DNA from: a virus
Lineage: Duplodnaviria; Heunggongvirae; Uroviricota; Caudoviricetes
Virus record (IMG/VR): IMGVR_UViG_2740892274_000005
Length of the DNA: 44,169 bases
Direction: 5' to 3' (one strand)
The position numbers and the translations under genes were made by a program. Below the pieces are notes generated by a model. It was given only the letters and a program-made list of their open reading frames with translations. It did no database searches and had not been told where the DNA came from. Shown here piece after piece: positions 1 through 7,273 of the stretch. Positions within the stretch are counted from its first letter, which is position 1. Each line of letters begins with the position of its first letter.

Positions 1-136
1 GATCAAGAGCCTGTCCAATGTGCATAAAAAAATCCGGAAACAAGTGAGCGTTTCCGGATTCTTACACAGCCACTGGATCGGTCAACTGATCCTTAACTGA
101 TCGGCATTAGCTCAATGAGCACCTTTTTTCTGTCTG

Positions 137-427
137 TTATTTATTCGCTGATTTTTCTGCTCGTTGCCTGCGAAGCTCTTTCGGATCGGCAATGAGAGGG
201 CGATAAATCTCCACCCGATCGCCATCATGCACACTATCGCTTAGTTTTGCCGGACGGCTGTAAATGCCGACTTTGTTTTTAGTTAAATCGATATCGGTAC
301 GCAATTCCAGCAAGCCACTGGCGCGAATAGCTTCTTCAACCGTCGCGCCCTCCTGCAGCGTCACGCGCTGCAGGTACTGCTTCTCAGGTAGCGCATAAGC
401 CACCTCAACGGCAATTTTACCTAGCAC
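137..427 (-). CDS. ratB: RnfH-like protein RatB/YfjF (UPF0125 family)
   Basis: Minus-strand frame of tracked ORF 137..511; GTG start at 427..425 (GTG CTA GGT AAA = VLGK) overlaps the ratA stop by 11 nt. Translation ...[56 protein letters not shown]... matches the conserved enterobacterial YfjF as I recall it. Confidence 0.8.
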   Translation of the reverse strand: MLGKIAVEVAYALPEKQYLQRVTLQEGATVEEAIRASGLLELRTDIDLTKNKVGIYSRPAKLSDSVHDGDRVEIYRPLIADPKELRRQRAEKSANK

Positions 428-854
428 TGTAAACCTCTTTCGCACGAACCGTAAAAGCCTGGACCATATTAGACGCCAGCTCTTTAAACACGCGACCAAA
501 GGCGAGTTCAATCAACTTATTGGTAAACTCAAAGTCGAGATGAAACTCGATACGACACGCCTCCTGGCTCAGCGGCGTAAACTTCCATCCACCAATCAAT
601 TTCTTGAACGGCCCATCCACCAGATTCATAAGAATACTTTGGTTACTGGTCAACTGGTTGCGGGTAGTAAACGTTTTGCTGATCCCAGCCTTAGAGACAT
701 CTACCGCCGCAGTCATCTGCCCAGGAGTGGACTCCAGAATCCGACTTCCGGTACAACCCGGCAAAAACTGAGGATAAGACTGAACGTCATTCACTAACTG
801 ATACATTTGCTCCGCGCTGTAGGGTACCAGTGCGGTCCGGCTAATCTGAGGCAT
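417..854 (-). CDS. ratA: SRPBCC-family ribosome-association toxin RatA (YfjG/PasT)
   Basis: Tracked ORF 417..893; likely start is the internal Met giving [34 protein letters not shown].... Conserved position next to smpB in enterobacteria. Confidence 0.85.
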   Translation of the reverse strand: MPQISRTALVPYSAEQMYQLVNDVQSYPQFLPGCTGSRILESTPGQMTAAVDVSKAGISKTFTTRNQLTSNQSILMNLVDGPFKKLIGGWKFTPLSQEACRIEFHLDFEFTNKLIELAFGRVFKELASNMVQAFTVRAKEVYSAR

Positions 855-1024
855 AACTATTTCCATCAACAAAAATCCAACAAATAATATCATTTATCCT
901 GCTGTAAAAAAAACGCTATCCCGGCGCTGGGTAACATCGGGTTCATGCTAAGATAGAGCCTTGTCCCCCGCAGGATTGATATGGGGTGTTTTCGATTTCA
1001 GATTACCGATGATTCACGACGCTT

Positions 1025-1507
1025 ATGACGAAGAAAAAAGCACATAAACCTGGTTCAGCGACCATCGCGCTTAACAAGCGCGCCCGTCACGAATACTTTA
1101 TCGAAGAAGAGTTCGAAGCGGGACTTGCCCTGCAAGGCTGGGAAGTTAAATCCCTGCGCGCAGGAAAAGCCAATATCAGCGACAGCTACGTCCTTCTGCG
1201 TGACGGAGAGGCATTTCTGTTTGGCGCTAACATCACGCCAATGGCCGTGGCCTCCACGCATGTGGTGTGCGATCCTACCCGTACCCGCAAGTTACTTCTC
1301 AACCAGCGCGAACTGGACTCATTGTACGGTCGCGTCAATCGAGAAGGCTATACCGTAGTGGCGCTCTCCCTGTACTGGAAAAATGCCTGGTGCAAAGTGA
1401 AAATCGGCGTCGCCAAAGGTAAAAAACAGCACGATAAACGTTCAGATATCAAAGAACGCGAATGGCAGGTGGATAAAGCACGTATCATGAAAAACGCCCA
1501 CCGTTAA
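1025..1507 (+). CDS. smpB: SsrA-binding protein SmpB
   Basis: 160-aa translation [61 protein letters not shown]... is essentially identical to E. coli SmpB as I recall it; sits immediately upstream of ssrA. Confidence 0.97.
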
Positions 1508-1721
1508 ACCTGCACTCCAATTATTGACCAGTTCCTCACCGCGCCTCCCTCTCCGGCGGCGCGAATGAACATCTTATTGGCTATCACATCCGACACAAAT
1601 GTTGCCATCCCATTGCTTAATCGAATAAAAATCAGGCTACATGGGTGCTAAATCTTTAACGATAACGCCATTGAGGCTGGTCATGGCGCTCATAAATCTG
1701 GTATACTTACCTTTACACATT

Positions 1722-2084
1722 GGGGCTGATTCTGGATTCGACGGGATTTGCGAAACCCAAGGTGCATGCCGAGGGGCGGTTGGCCTCGTAAAAAGCCGCA
1801 AAAAATAGTCGCAAACGACGAAAACTACGCTTTAGCAGCTTAATAACCTGCTTAGAGCCCTCTCTCCCTAGCCTCCGCTCTTAGGACGGGGATCAAGAGA
1901 GGTCAAACCCAAAAGAGATCGCGTGGAAGCCCTGCCTGGGGTTGAAGCGTTAAAACTTAATCAGGCTAGTTTGTTAGTGGCGTGTCCGTCCGCAGCTGGC
2001 AAGCGAATGTAAAGACTGACTAAGCATGTAGTACCGAGGATGTAGGAATTTCGGACGCGGGTTCAACTCCCGCCAGCTCCACCA
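1722..2084 (+). ncRNA. ssrA: tmRNA (transfer-messenger RNA, SsrA), 363 nt
   Basis: Starts GGGGCTGATTCTGGATTCGAC and ends GGGTTCAACTCCCGCCAGCTCCACCA (tRNA-like acceptor/T-arm with encoded CCA). Internal tag reading frame GCAAACGACGAAAACTACGCTTTAGCAGCTTAA = ANDENYALAA-stop. Candidate -10 TATACT at 1702..1707. Confidence 0.97.
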
Positions 2085-2207
2085 CTTTTGACAGGACTGC
2101 AACCGGACAGAGACTATAAAAACAGTCACTTACGGACACTGACCAGACAGTAAGCGGACCAGAAAAAGACAAAAATATACACGCAAAATGCACGTGCATT
2201 TCAAAAA

Positions 2208-2237
2208 AGCCTCTGATTATGAAGTCAGAGGCTTTTC
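2208..2237 (+). terminator. Rho-independent terminator downstream of ssrA
   Basis: Perfect 9-bp stem AGCCTCTGA / TCAGAGGCT (2208..2216 and 2225..2233) with an 8-nt loop, followed by TTTT. Confidence 0.7.
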
Positions 2238-2282
2238 TAGTTGTAAATAAGGGTAACAATTTAACACGATGCAGCTTACCAA

Positions 2283-3134
2283 TTACGTAACATCAAACGC
2301 TCTAATTGTTCCCAAATCCTCCAGACCACTCAGCTCCTCTTTCATTTCACGCTGACGGCGATAAATCTCATCGTTGCGATCGACCTGCGCCTGCACCATT
2401 GCTGCCGCCAGTTCTTCCAGTTCCGGCATCGACAGTTTCACCTGCTGATTATCGGCATCACCCCACGCCATATGCGTTTGTGCTGTGACAGATTTTGCCA
2501 GCATGACTACCGGGGACAGGCGGCCCAGTGAGTNNNNNNNNNNNNNNNNNNNNNNNNNNNNNNNNNNNNNNNNNNNNNNNNNNNNNNNNNNNNNNNNNNN
2601 NNNNNNNNNNNNNNNNNNNNNNNNNNNNNNNNNNNNNNNNNNNNNNNNNNNNNNNNNNNNNNNNNNNNNNNNNNNNNNNNNNNNNNNNNNNNNNNNNNNN
2701 NNNNNNNNNNNNNNNNNNNNNNNNNNNNNNNNNNNNNNNNNNNNNNNNNNNNNNNNNNNNNNNNNNNNNNNNNNNNNNNNNNNNNNNNNNNNNNNNNNNN
2801 NNNNNNNNNNNNNNNNNNNNNNNNNNNNNNNNNNNNNNNNNNNNNNNTTCCATTCAAACGTGAACGGCTTCGCCTCCTGTTCTGTGCGCCATGCTTCAAT
2901 TTCCTGACGTCTGGCCTCTCTGGCCGCTTCCAGCATTTCTGGTGTCACAGTGAATGGGGCTATCTCACCCCATTTGCCACTTTGCAGTTCCTGCCAGATT
3001 CGCTGACCCGTCGGTGCGACATCATCAGCGGTGGCTGTGTAGGGGACTGCCTGGTCCCTGTCGTCAAAAAAAACGTCACAGTCTACTGCGCCACTTTCGG
3101 TATAACGGGGATTAATGATTTTTTTAATTTCCAC
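2283..3134 (-). CDS. Phage protein, possibly tail-fibre assembly/chaperone; interrupted by the N run (may be one or two genes)
   Basis: GTG start at 3134..3132 preceded by GAGGAA with a 6-nt spacer, the RBS overlapping the stop of the upstream tail-fibre gene (cgTGAGGAAtgcaccGTG). N-terminal part VEIKKIINPRYTESGAVDCDVFFDD...; C-terminal part after the gap ends ...GLEDLGTIRAFDVT. Functional call rests on position after a tail-fibre gene and is tentative. Confidence 0.4.
   Translation of the reverse strand: MEIKKIINPRYTESGAVDCDVFFDDRDQAVPYTATADDVAPTGQRIWQELQSGKWGEIAPFTVTPEMLEAAREARRQEIEAWRTEQEAKPFTFEWXXXXXXXXXXXXXXXXXXXXXXXXXXXXXXXXXXXXXXXXXXXXXXXXXXXXXXXXXXXXXXXXXXXXXXXXXXXXXXXXXXXXXXXXXXXXXXXXXXXXXXXXXXSLGRLSPVVMLAKSVTAQTHMAWGDADNQQVKLSMPELEELAAAMVQAQVDRNDEIYRRQREMKEELSGLEDLGTIRAFDVT
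2534..2847. other. Run of 314 N (assembly gap or masked sequence)
   Basis: Uninterrupted n characters from 2534 to 2847. Every tracked ORF containing X runs is an artefact of translating this stretch. Confidence 0.99.
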
Positions 3135-3144
3135 GGTGCATTCC

Positions 3145-4317
3145 TCACGATGTGCGAATAAAAAGCCCGGGCATTGCGCCAGAGACATGAGCATCCGGCA
3201 CCCCGGACAGGGCGCTATATGACCCCGGTAATGAATGCTCTGAACATCCCGTAATGAAAAATTGTGGGGATGCTATATACGTTCCGGTGGGAGTACTGGG
3301 CACTGAAATCCCCACCGGTCCCAGTCGTGAGCCTCTGTATGACTGCCCCCTGACAAGTCTGATGACTTTATCACCGTCAGCTTCTCCCTGGTACGCAGCA
3401 ATAATCAGCCCGCCAATGTCAGGGTCTCCCCATCTGTTGCAGACAGAGCTCGCCACGATTCTGTAAATAATATCTTCTGTGGTTATATTTATTTTCACCC
3501 AGCCAGTCAGTCTGGATATGGGCCAGTAGCAGTAGCGGGTGTGATAAATGGGGCCGTTAATGCCGTAAAAAGTAAGGGATTTGGCTCTGTACCTCGGTTC
3601 TGTTGTCTCAGGGCGTGCATCAGTCCACCGGATGCTGAGCACCCCTTCAAACCGTGTGTCGGGTATGATGATGTCGTAGGGGCCAGCAACGGAATATTCA
3701 CCTGGCAGCGCATTCCTTACCCAGGCCAGGAAATCACTCTTAGTGTCAAAACGGATAACATCTTCAGGCAGAAAAGCACACCCAAAGCCGAATGCGCCGG
3801 GTATCGCCAGACGGCCTTTTGTCCGGTCGTAAATGTCGCTCTGTGCTTCCATCGTGGCCGCACTTTTCAGCCCCAGATTATCCCGGGACTTCTGTTGTGC
3901 CTTTTCGCCTGCTGCTGCGATTTCAGACAGATGGTTAGCCGTTTTCAGAGTGCCGGTCAGCGCAGCATCAATGTCATTTTTGGCCTGCTCTGCTGCGCGG
4001 GCATAACCTGCGGCTGCCGCCACATCCTGCGCCGTCTGCTGTGCGTTTCCGGCTGCGGCCCCGGCGCTCTGCTGCGCCTGCGCCACCATTTCCTCAAAGC
4101 GTTTGACGACATCCGGTTTCAGGTCGCCCTCATCAGGAGCAATCAGAAAGTCATTCAGCGTGCCGGGCTTTGAGTCGTCGTATACAGCAATGTCGCCAAC
4201 GTTGTACTCGTTGTGCCAGCCCGGTTTCAGATACACACCATATTTTCCAGTCCGCGCATGGAAACAGTATTCACCATCGTTTCCTGTCATCACATCAGCA
4301 ACAGTGTGCATCACCAC
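3145..4317 (-). CDS. Phage tail fibre protein, probably a 5'-truncated remnant abutting the IS66 terminus
   Basis: 390-aa translation with an Ala/Gln-rich segment (AQAQQSAGAAAGNAQQTAQDVAAAAGYARAAEQAKNDIDAALTG...) then ...NLGLKSAATMEAQSDIYDRTKGRLAIPGAFGFG..., which resembles side-tail-fibre proteins. The first in-frame Met is only 16 bp from the IS66 end at 4334. Confidence 0.55.
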   Translation of the reverse strand: MVMHTVADVMTGNDGEYCFHARTGKYGVYLKPGWHNEYNVGDIAVYDDSKPGTLNDFLIAPDEGDLKPDVVKRFEEMVAQAQQSAGAAAGNAQQTAQDVAAAAGYARAAEQAKNDIDAALTGTLKTANHLSEIAAAGEKAQQKSRDNLGLKSAATMEAQSDIYDRTKGRLAIPGAFGFGCAFLPEDVIRFDTKSDFLAWVRNALPGEYSVAGPYDIIIPDTRFEGVLSIRWTDARPETTEPRYRAKSLTFYGINGPIYHTRYCYWPISRLTGWVKINITTEDIIYRIVASSVCNRWGDPDIGGLIIAAYQGEADGDKVIRLVRGQSYRGSRLGPVGISVPSTPTGTYIASPQFFITGCSEHSLPGSYSALSGVPDAHVSGAMPGLFIRTS

Positions 4318-4333
4318 TTCCGGGGTGTTTACC

Positions 4334-4360
4334 GTAAGCGTGCAGCAAGAACCGTATTGA
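4334..4360. repeat. IS66-family terminal inverted repeat (right end), begins GTAAGCG
   Basis: GTAAGCGTGCAGCAAGAACCGTATTGA lies 11-37 bp downstream of the tnpC stop (4371). IS66-family IRs characteristically begin 5'-GTAA. Exact IR length not determinable without the other end. Confidence 0.5.
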
Positions 4361-4370
4361 CGGGAATGTG

Positions 4371-4829
4371 TTATTCAGTCGGCAGTGCTACGCGCCAGGG
4401 GAGCAGTTCGCCGACCCGGTTTATCGGCCAGTCGGCTATGACGTCAAGGACATAGCGGAGGTAGCTTTCTGGCTCCACTCCGTTCAGTTTGCACGTCCCG
4501 ATCAGGCTGTACAGCAGCGCTCCCCGCTCTCCTCCATGATCCGAACCGAAGAACAGGTAGTTTTTGCGGCCCAGACTGACCATCCGCAACGCATTTTCAG
4601 CGATGTTATTGTCCGCCTCAGCCCAGCCATCATCTGCATAGTACGTCAGCGCCGGCCACTGGTTCAGGGCATATGCGAACGCTTTCGCCAGTTCTGAGTG
4701 TCGCGACAGGGTTTTCATCTTTTCACGCAGCCAGCTTTCCAGGGATTTCAGCAGCGGTTTCGTTTTCAACTGACGTTCGGCAAGGCGCTGTTTCAGCAGG
4801 AAGATGTCGTCAGAAGAGATGTCGTTCAT
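4371..4829 (-). pseudogene. IS66-family transposase TnpC, C-terminal fragment only (about 150 aa)
   Basis: Translation ...IAENALRMVSLGRKNYLFFGSDHGGERGALLYSLIGTCKLNGVEPESYLRYVLDVIADWPINRVGELLPW... matches the conserved C-terminus of IS66 TnpC. The N-terminal two-thirds is absent; the frame closes just before the prophage right end. Confidence 0.8.
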
Positions 4830-4936
4830 AAGCCCGTATTTTACCGGGCTTATTCTGTGACAACCAGGATAAAGAGATTTACAGCATGGTCAGGGAGGTC
4901 AGCAGCCGCTTAGGCTGTCTATAGCGCGGCGATTTT

Positions 4937-5010
4937 TTTGATACCGATTTGCATTTCATTTGATACCGCTGAAAAACGCCGATACGCAACTTATTTGATA
5001 CTAAATCGGC
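4937..5010. repeat. Prophage right-end repeats (putative transposase-binding sites, attR-like)
   Basis: TTTGATACCG at 4937..4946 and 4959..4968, plus variant TTTGATACTAAATCGG near 4994..5009. These are the reverse complement of the CGGTATCAAA copies at the left end. Confidence 0.6.
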
Positions 5011-5047
5011 GCTTTTCTTTTGAGTTTTAGAATGAGTTTTTAAGCGT

Positions 5048-5785
5048 TCATTCACTCTCTTTCAAACCAGTTTTAACTGTTTGTGGTTTTGGGTAAGGCT
5101 GGACTTTGAATAGCTTTGTGTTAAGGCGTTTTCTGGCTCTCTTGTCCAGAAACCGGATGTAACGAAACTGACGGAATTTATGAACACTGGCTCTGTCGAT
5201 ATTAGCCCGCAGATGTTCACCTCGCTGTCCTCCTCGTTTGATTGCATTCTTGCAAATCTCGTGATACCACTCGCCATCAAGTTCATAGAATGTTGTTTCA
5301 TGACTGCCTACATAATCAAAATTGCTTGCCTGGTACACGACACCAAGACAGCCACAACGCTCATCTGCAAACGACTGAACCCACTGCACCTGCGGATAAA
5401 GTTGTCTGATTAGTTTGAGCGCGTAACTGATTGCCCTTGATTCGGAGTTTCTCGGCATACAGTCATGCAGCCATAACCGGTTAAGCTCCATATATTCGCG
5501 GTTCTGCGTGCCAGTTACGACGCGTGCACCATTGTTTGGATTAAGGGCATAACCCCATTGCATTACGCCAACCAGCTCCCGTTCTGAAAATATGCCCAGA
5601 TGAAGGTAGGAATTATTTACGAAACGATGGCTGTAATGTTTATTGACGACGACCAGCCGGGCCAGCCAGCAACTTATTGTCTCAACCCGTAACTCACGGG
5701 AGCCATAACCGACGATATTGTCGTTATAGTGAATAAGTTCAGGCGTGCTGATGATACGGGATGTAACTTGCTTTCTGTTCCCCAC
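5048..5785 (-). CDS. mom: Mom-like DNA modification protein (adenine carbamoylmethylation family), start inferred at internal GTG
   Basis: Last gene before the right end and overlapped by a Com-like gene, as in Mu. Proposed start GTG at 5785..5783 preceded by AGGAAA with a 9-nt spacer (245 aa, against 231 aa for Mu Mom). The tracked 310-aa ORF 5048..5980 would run through com and is not favoured. Identity rests mainly on synteny. Confidence 0.6.
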   Translation of the reverse strand: MGNRKQVTSRIISTPELIHYNDNIVGYGSRELRVETISCWLARLVVVNKHYSHRFVNNSYLHLGIFSERELVGVMQWGYALNPNNGARVVTGTQNREYMELNRLWLHDCMPRNSESRAISYALKLIRQLYPQVQWVQSFADERCGCLGVVYQASNFDYVGSHETTFYELDGEWYHEICKNAIKRGGQRGEHLRANIDRASVHKFRQFRYIRFLDKRARKRLNTKLFKVQPYPKPQTVKTGLKESE

Positions 5786-5939
5786 GACAGGATTTCCTTG
5801 TGTATGTGGGGTGCTCTGTGGCGCTCTGAGATGTGATTTGATTGAGGGTTTTACAGCGCGGACATTTAACTTCCAGATAACTGAAGCTGGCTCGTGCCAG
5901 TAGCTTGTTACAATGTCGGCACCGTATGTTTCGATACAT
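5739..5939 (-). CDS. com: Com-like zinc-finger translational activator of mom
   Basis: [34 protein letters not shown]...EHPT... matches the Mu Com pattern (IRCKNCNKLL...IEIRCPRCK...EHPT) as I recall it. ATG at 5939..5937 with AGGAGG 10 nt upstream. The 3' end overlaps the mom start, as in Mu. Confidence 0.75.
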   Translation of the reverse strand: MYRNIRCRHCNKLLARASFSYLEVKCPRCKTLNQITSQSATEHPTYTRKSCRGEQKASYIPYHQHA

Positions 5940-5984
5940 GGCCGCATAACCTCCTGCTTTGTTGTTGATATCTTTATCACTCAA

Positions 5985-6075
5985 TCGATCGACAAAAACG
6001 ATCGATTTGATTTATTTAATTGATACAACAAATAACACGAAATGTCATTAGCGAAAATTTATGAGTTTGATCACT
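5985..6075. promoter_or_regulatory. Putative mom promoter/regulatory region with a GATC (Dam site) cluster
   Basis: AT-rich region upstream of com with GATC at 5987..5990, 6000..6003 and 6069..6072. In Mu, Pmom is governed by the Dam methylation state of upstream GATC sites (OxyR binding) and is C-activated. No promoter hexamers assigned. Confidence 0.4.
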
Positions 6076-6195
6076 AATTTTAAACGGTGCTGTAACGCAT
6101 AAGTGCTGAATGATTGTACATTTGAATACCGCAAAGCAAACAAATCAACTAATTTATAGAAGTCAATTGGTTAATTGCCAGCGTAAGAGGCTGCT

Positions 6196-6489
6196 ATGGA
6201 CAATCATGTAACGACGAGAAATCGAAAAATGATTGAAAATGCGGAAATCTATAATGATTATTTTTCCGATTATTCAGATGCCTGCAAATACAGTTCGAGT
6301 GCGGGAGAGTTCATATGCTTCAACTTTTTTATTAAATCTTATGTTTTTCCTCCACAGCAAGAAGATGGAGGTGTGCCACCTCCTGAAATCACTTTGCACC
6401 GTATAGCCTCCGTCTCAATGATGGAGCAACAGGCTAATGAGCTGTATAGCATTCTGGGAACGATTCTACAAAAGCGTGAATCGGACTAA
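6196..6489 (+). CDS. Hypothetical protein (low-GC moron), divergent from com-mom
   Basis: 97-aa ORF with AAGAGG 6 nt upstream of the ATG. Visibly AT-richer than the phage backbone. No family recognised. Confidence 0.5.
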   Translation: MDNHVTTRNRKMIENAEIYNDYFSDYSDACKYSSSAGEFICFNFFIKSYVFPPQQEDGGVPPPEITLHRIASVSMMEQQANELYSILGTILQKRESD

Positions 6490-6656
6490 TGATACCGGTT
6501 CATTTGCCTGCCCGGATGGGGAAGCAGGATTGACTGCTCCATAAGCAGCTATATTTCTGAATACGAAATACTATCCAGCGATTACATATGGCTGGATAGC
6601 GGCAAAGATGTTTTCATTAGTGTCAAACCGGCAGAGGACACCACCGGTTTGTATTG

Positions 6657-6911
6657 TTACATCATGGTACTGTCAGTTCCGGGCTGAGCCGGGTCTGGTT
6701 GCTCTGGCTGCGCGTCGGTTTTCGGCTCATTATCAGCATCACTGGCCGCAACTGCTGGCCCAATAAGTTTTGCCAGCACTTCATCAACGTAAGTGTCGAT
6801 TTGTGCCTCAAAATCCTTGCGGACCTGCGCTTTCAGCAACTTATTTACTTCACCGGAATACAGTGCCTGTTTTACCAGGTCTTCAGTGACGGTGCCTTTA
6901 ATTTCTGGCAT
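6657..6911 (-). CDS. Hypothetical acidic 84-aa protein
   Basis: ATG at 6911 preceded by AAGGAGGA with about 6-nt spacing. Translation MPEIKGTVTEDLVKQALYSGEVNKLLKAQVRKDFEAQIDTYVDEVLAKL... then an acidic/Pro-rich tail. No family recognised. Confidence 0.6.
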   Translation of the reverse strand: MPEIKGTVTEDLVKQALYSGEVNKLLKAQVRKDFEAQIDTYVDEVLAKLIGPAVAASDADNEPKTDAQPEQPDPAQPGTDSTMM

Positions 6912-6946
6912 GTATATCCTCCTTATGCGGGAATAAAGCCCTGCAA

Positions 6947-7129
6947 TCAGGGCTGGGTCGGGTCTTTTGGGAGCGGAGTTACCTGCGCTGTTTTACTGAG
7001 TTTTTCAGCTGCTGCGTCCTCAATTTTGCGGCGAACATAATTTCTGATGGCCTTATAACCACCACTCACCAGATATAACGCACATACTGCCGTGCAGAAA
7101 TACAATAAAATAAGCTGTAAAAATGTCAT
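6947..7129 (-). CDS. Small single-pass membrane protein (60 aa)
   Basis: ATG at 7129..7127 preceded by GGGAGGG. MTFLQLILLYFCTAVCALYLVSGGYK has one N-terminal hydrophobic helix followed by a charged tail. The tracked ORF begins 4 codons earlier. Confidence 0.6.
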   Translation of the reverse strand: MTFLQLILLYFCTAVCALYLVSGGYKAIRNYVRRKIEDAAAEKLSKTAQVTPLPKDPTQP

Positions 7130-7225
7130 TATCCCTCCCAATTATTGACATGGTGTTGACACCGGTAATATCTGTTAGGTAAAAAGGTGCACTGCATTTT
7201 TTGCTTTGGATATAACGATCTTTTT

Positions 7226-7267
7226 GCCGCCGGTTTCTTGTTTTCCCTTACCGGCGGCATTTTTTTA
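7226..7267 (+). terminator. Rho-independent terminator, plus-strand orientation
   Basis: GCCGCCGGT (7226..7234) and ACCGGCGGC (7250..7258) form a 9-bp GC-rich stem, followed by ATTTTTTTA on the plus strand. On the minus strand the hairpin is followed by AAAAAG, so it is oriented for plus-strand transcripts. Confidence 0.55.
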
Positions 7268-7273
7268 TCCTGC

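Noticed and set aside
1508-1721. Intrinsic terminator between smpB and ssrA (CGCGCC...GGCGCG pairing near 1545..1570)
   Set aside because: No U-tract follows and the loop would be long; not convincing as a terminator.
2458-2907. Four tracked ORFs (2458..2853, 2485..2907, 2507..2899, 2528..2863) whose translations are mostly X
   Set aside because: They exist only because the 314-nt N run (2534..2847) contains no stop codons; they carry no information.
2085-4333. Integrase/attL of an ssrA-targeting prophage immediately downstream of ssrA
   Set aside because: The genes adjacent to ssrA are tail-fibre-like with their 3' ends toward ssrA and no recombinase is present; the large prophage is a Mu-type transposable phage that does not use ssrA as its att site.
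4371-4829. Intact IS66 transposase
   Set aside because: Only the C-terminal domain of about 150 aa is present and the frame closes just upstream; the N-terminal catalytic part is absent from the window.
5048-5980. Full-length 310-aa ORF as the mom gene product
   Set aside because: It would run through the entire com gene in another frame; the ATG at codon 12 has an RBS only 2 nt away. An internal GTG with a properly spaced RBS gives a Mom-sized protein and the known com-mom overlap arrangement.
6654-7040. 128-aa plus-strand ORF overlapping the two small minus-strand genes
   Set aside because: No RBS and an implausible translation, whereas both minus-strand genes have near-consensus Shine-Dalgarno sequences; treated as the antisense shadow.
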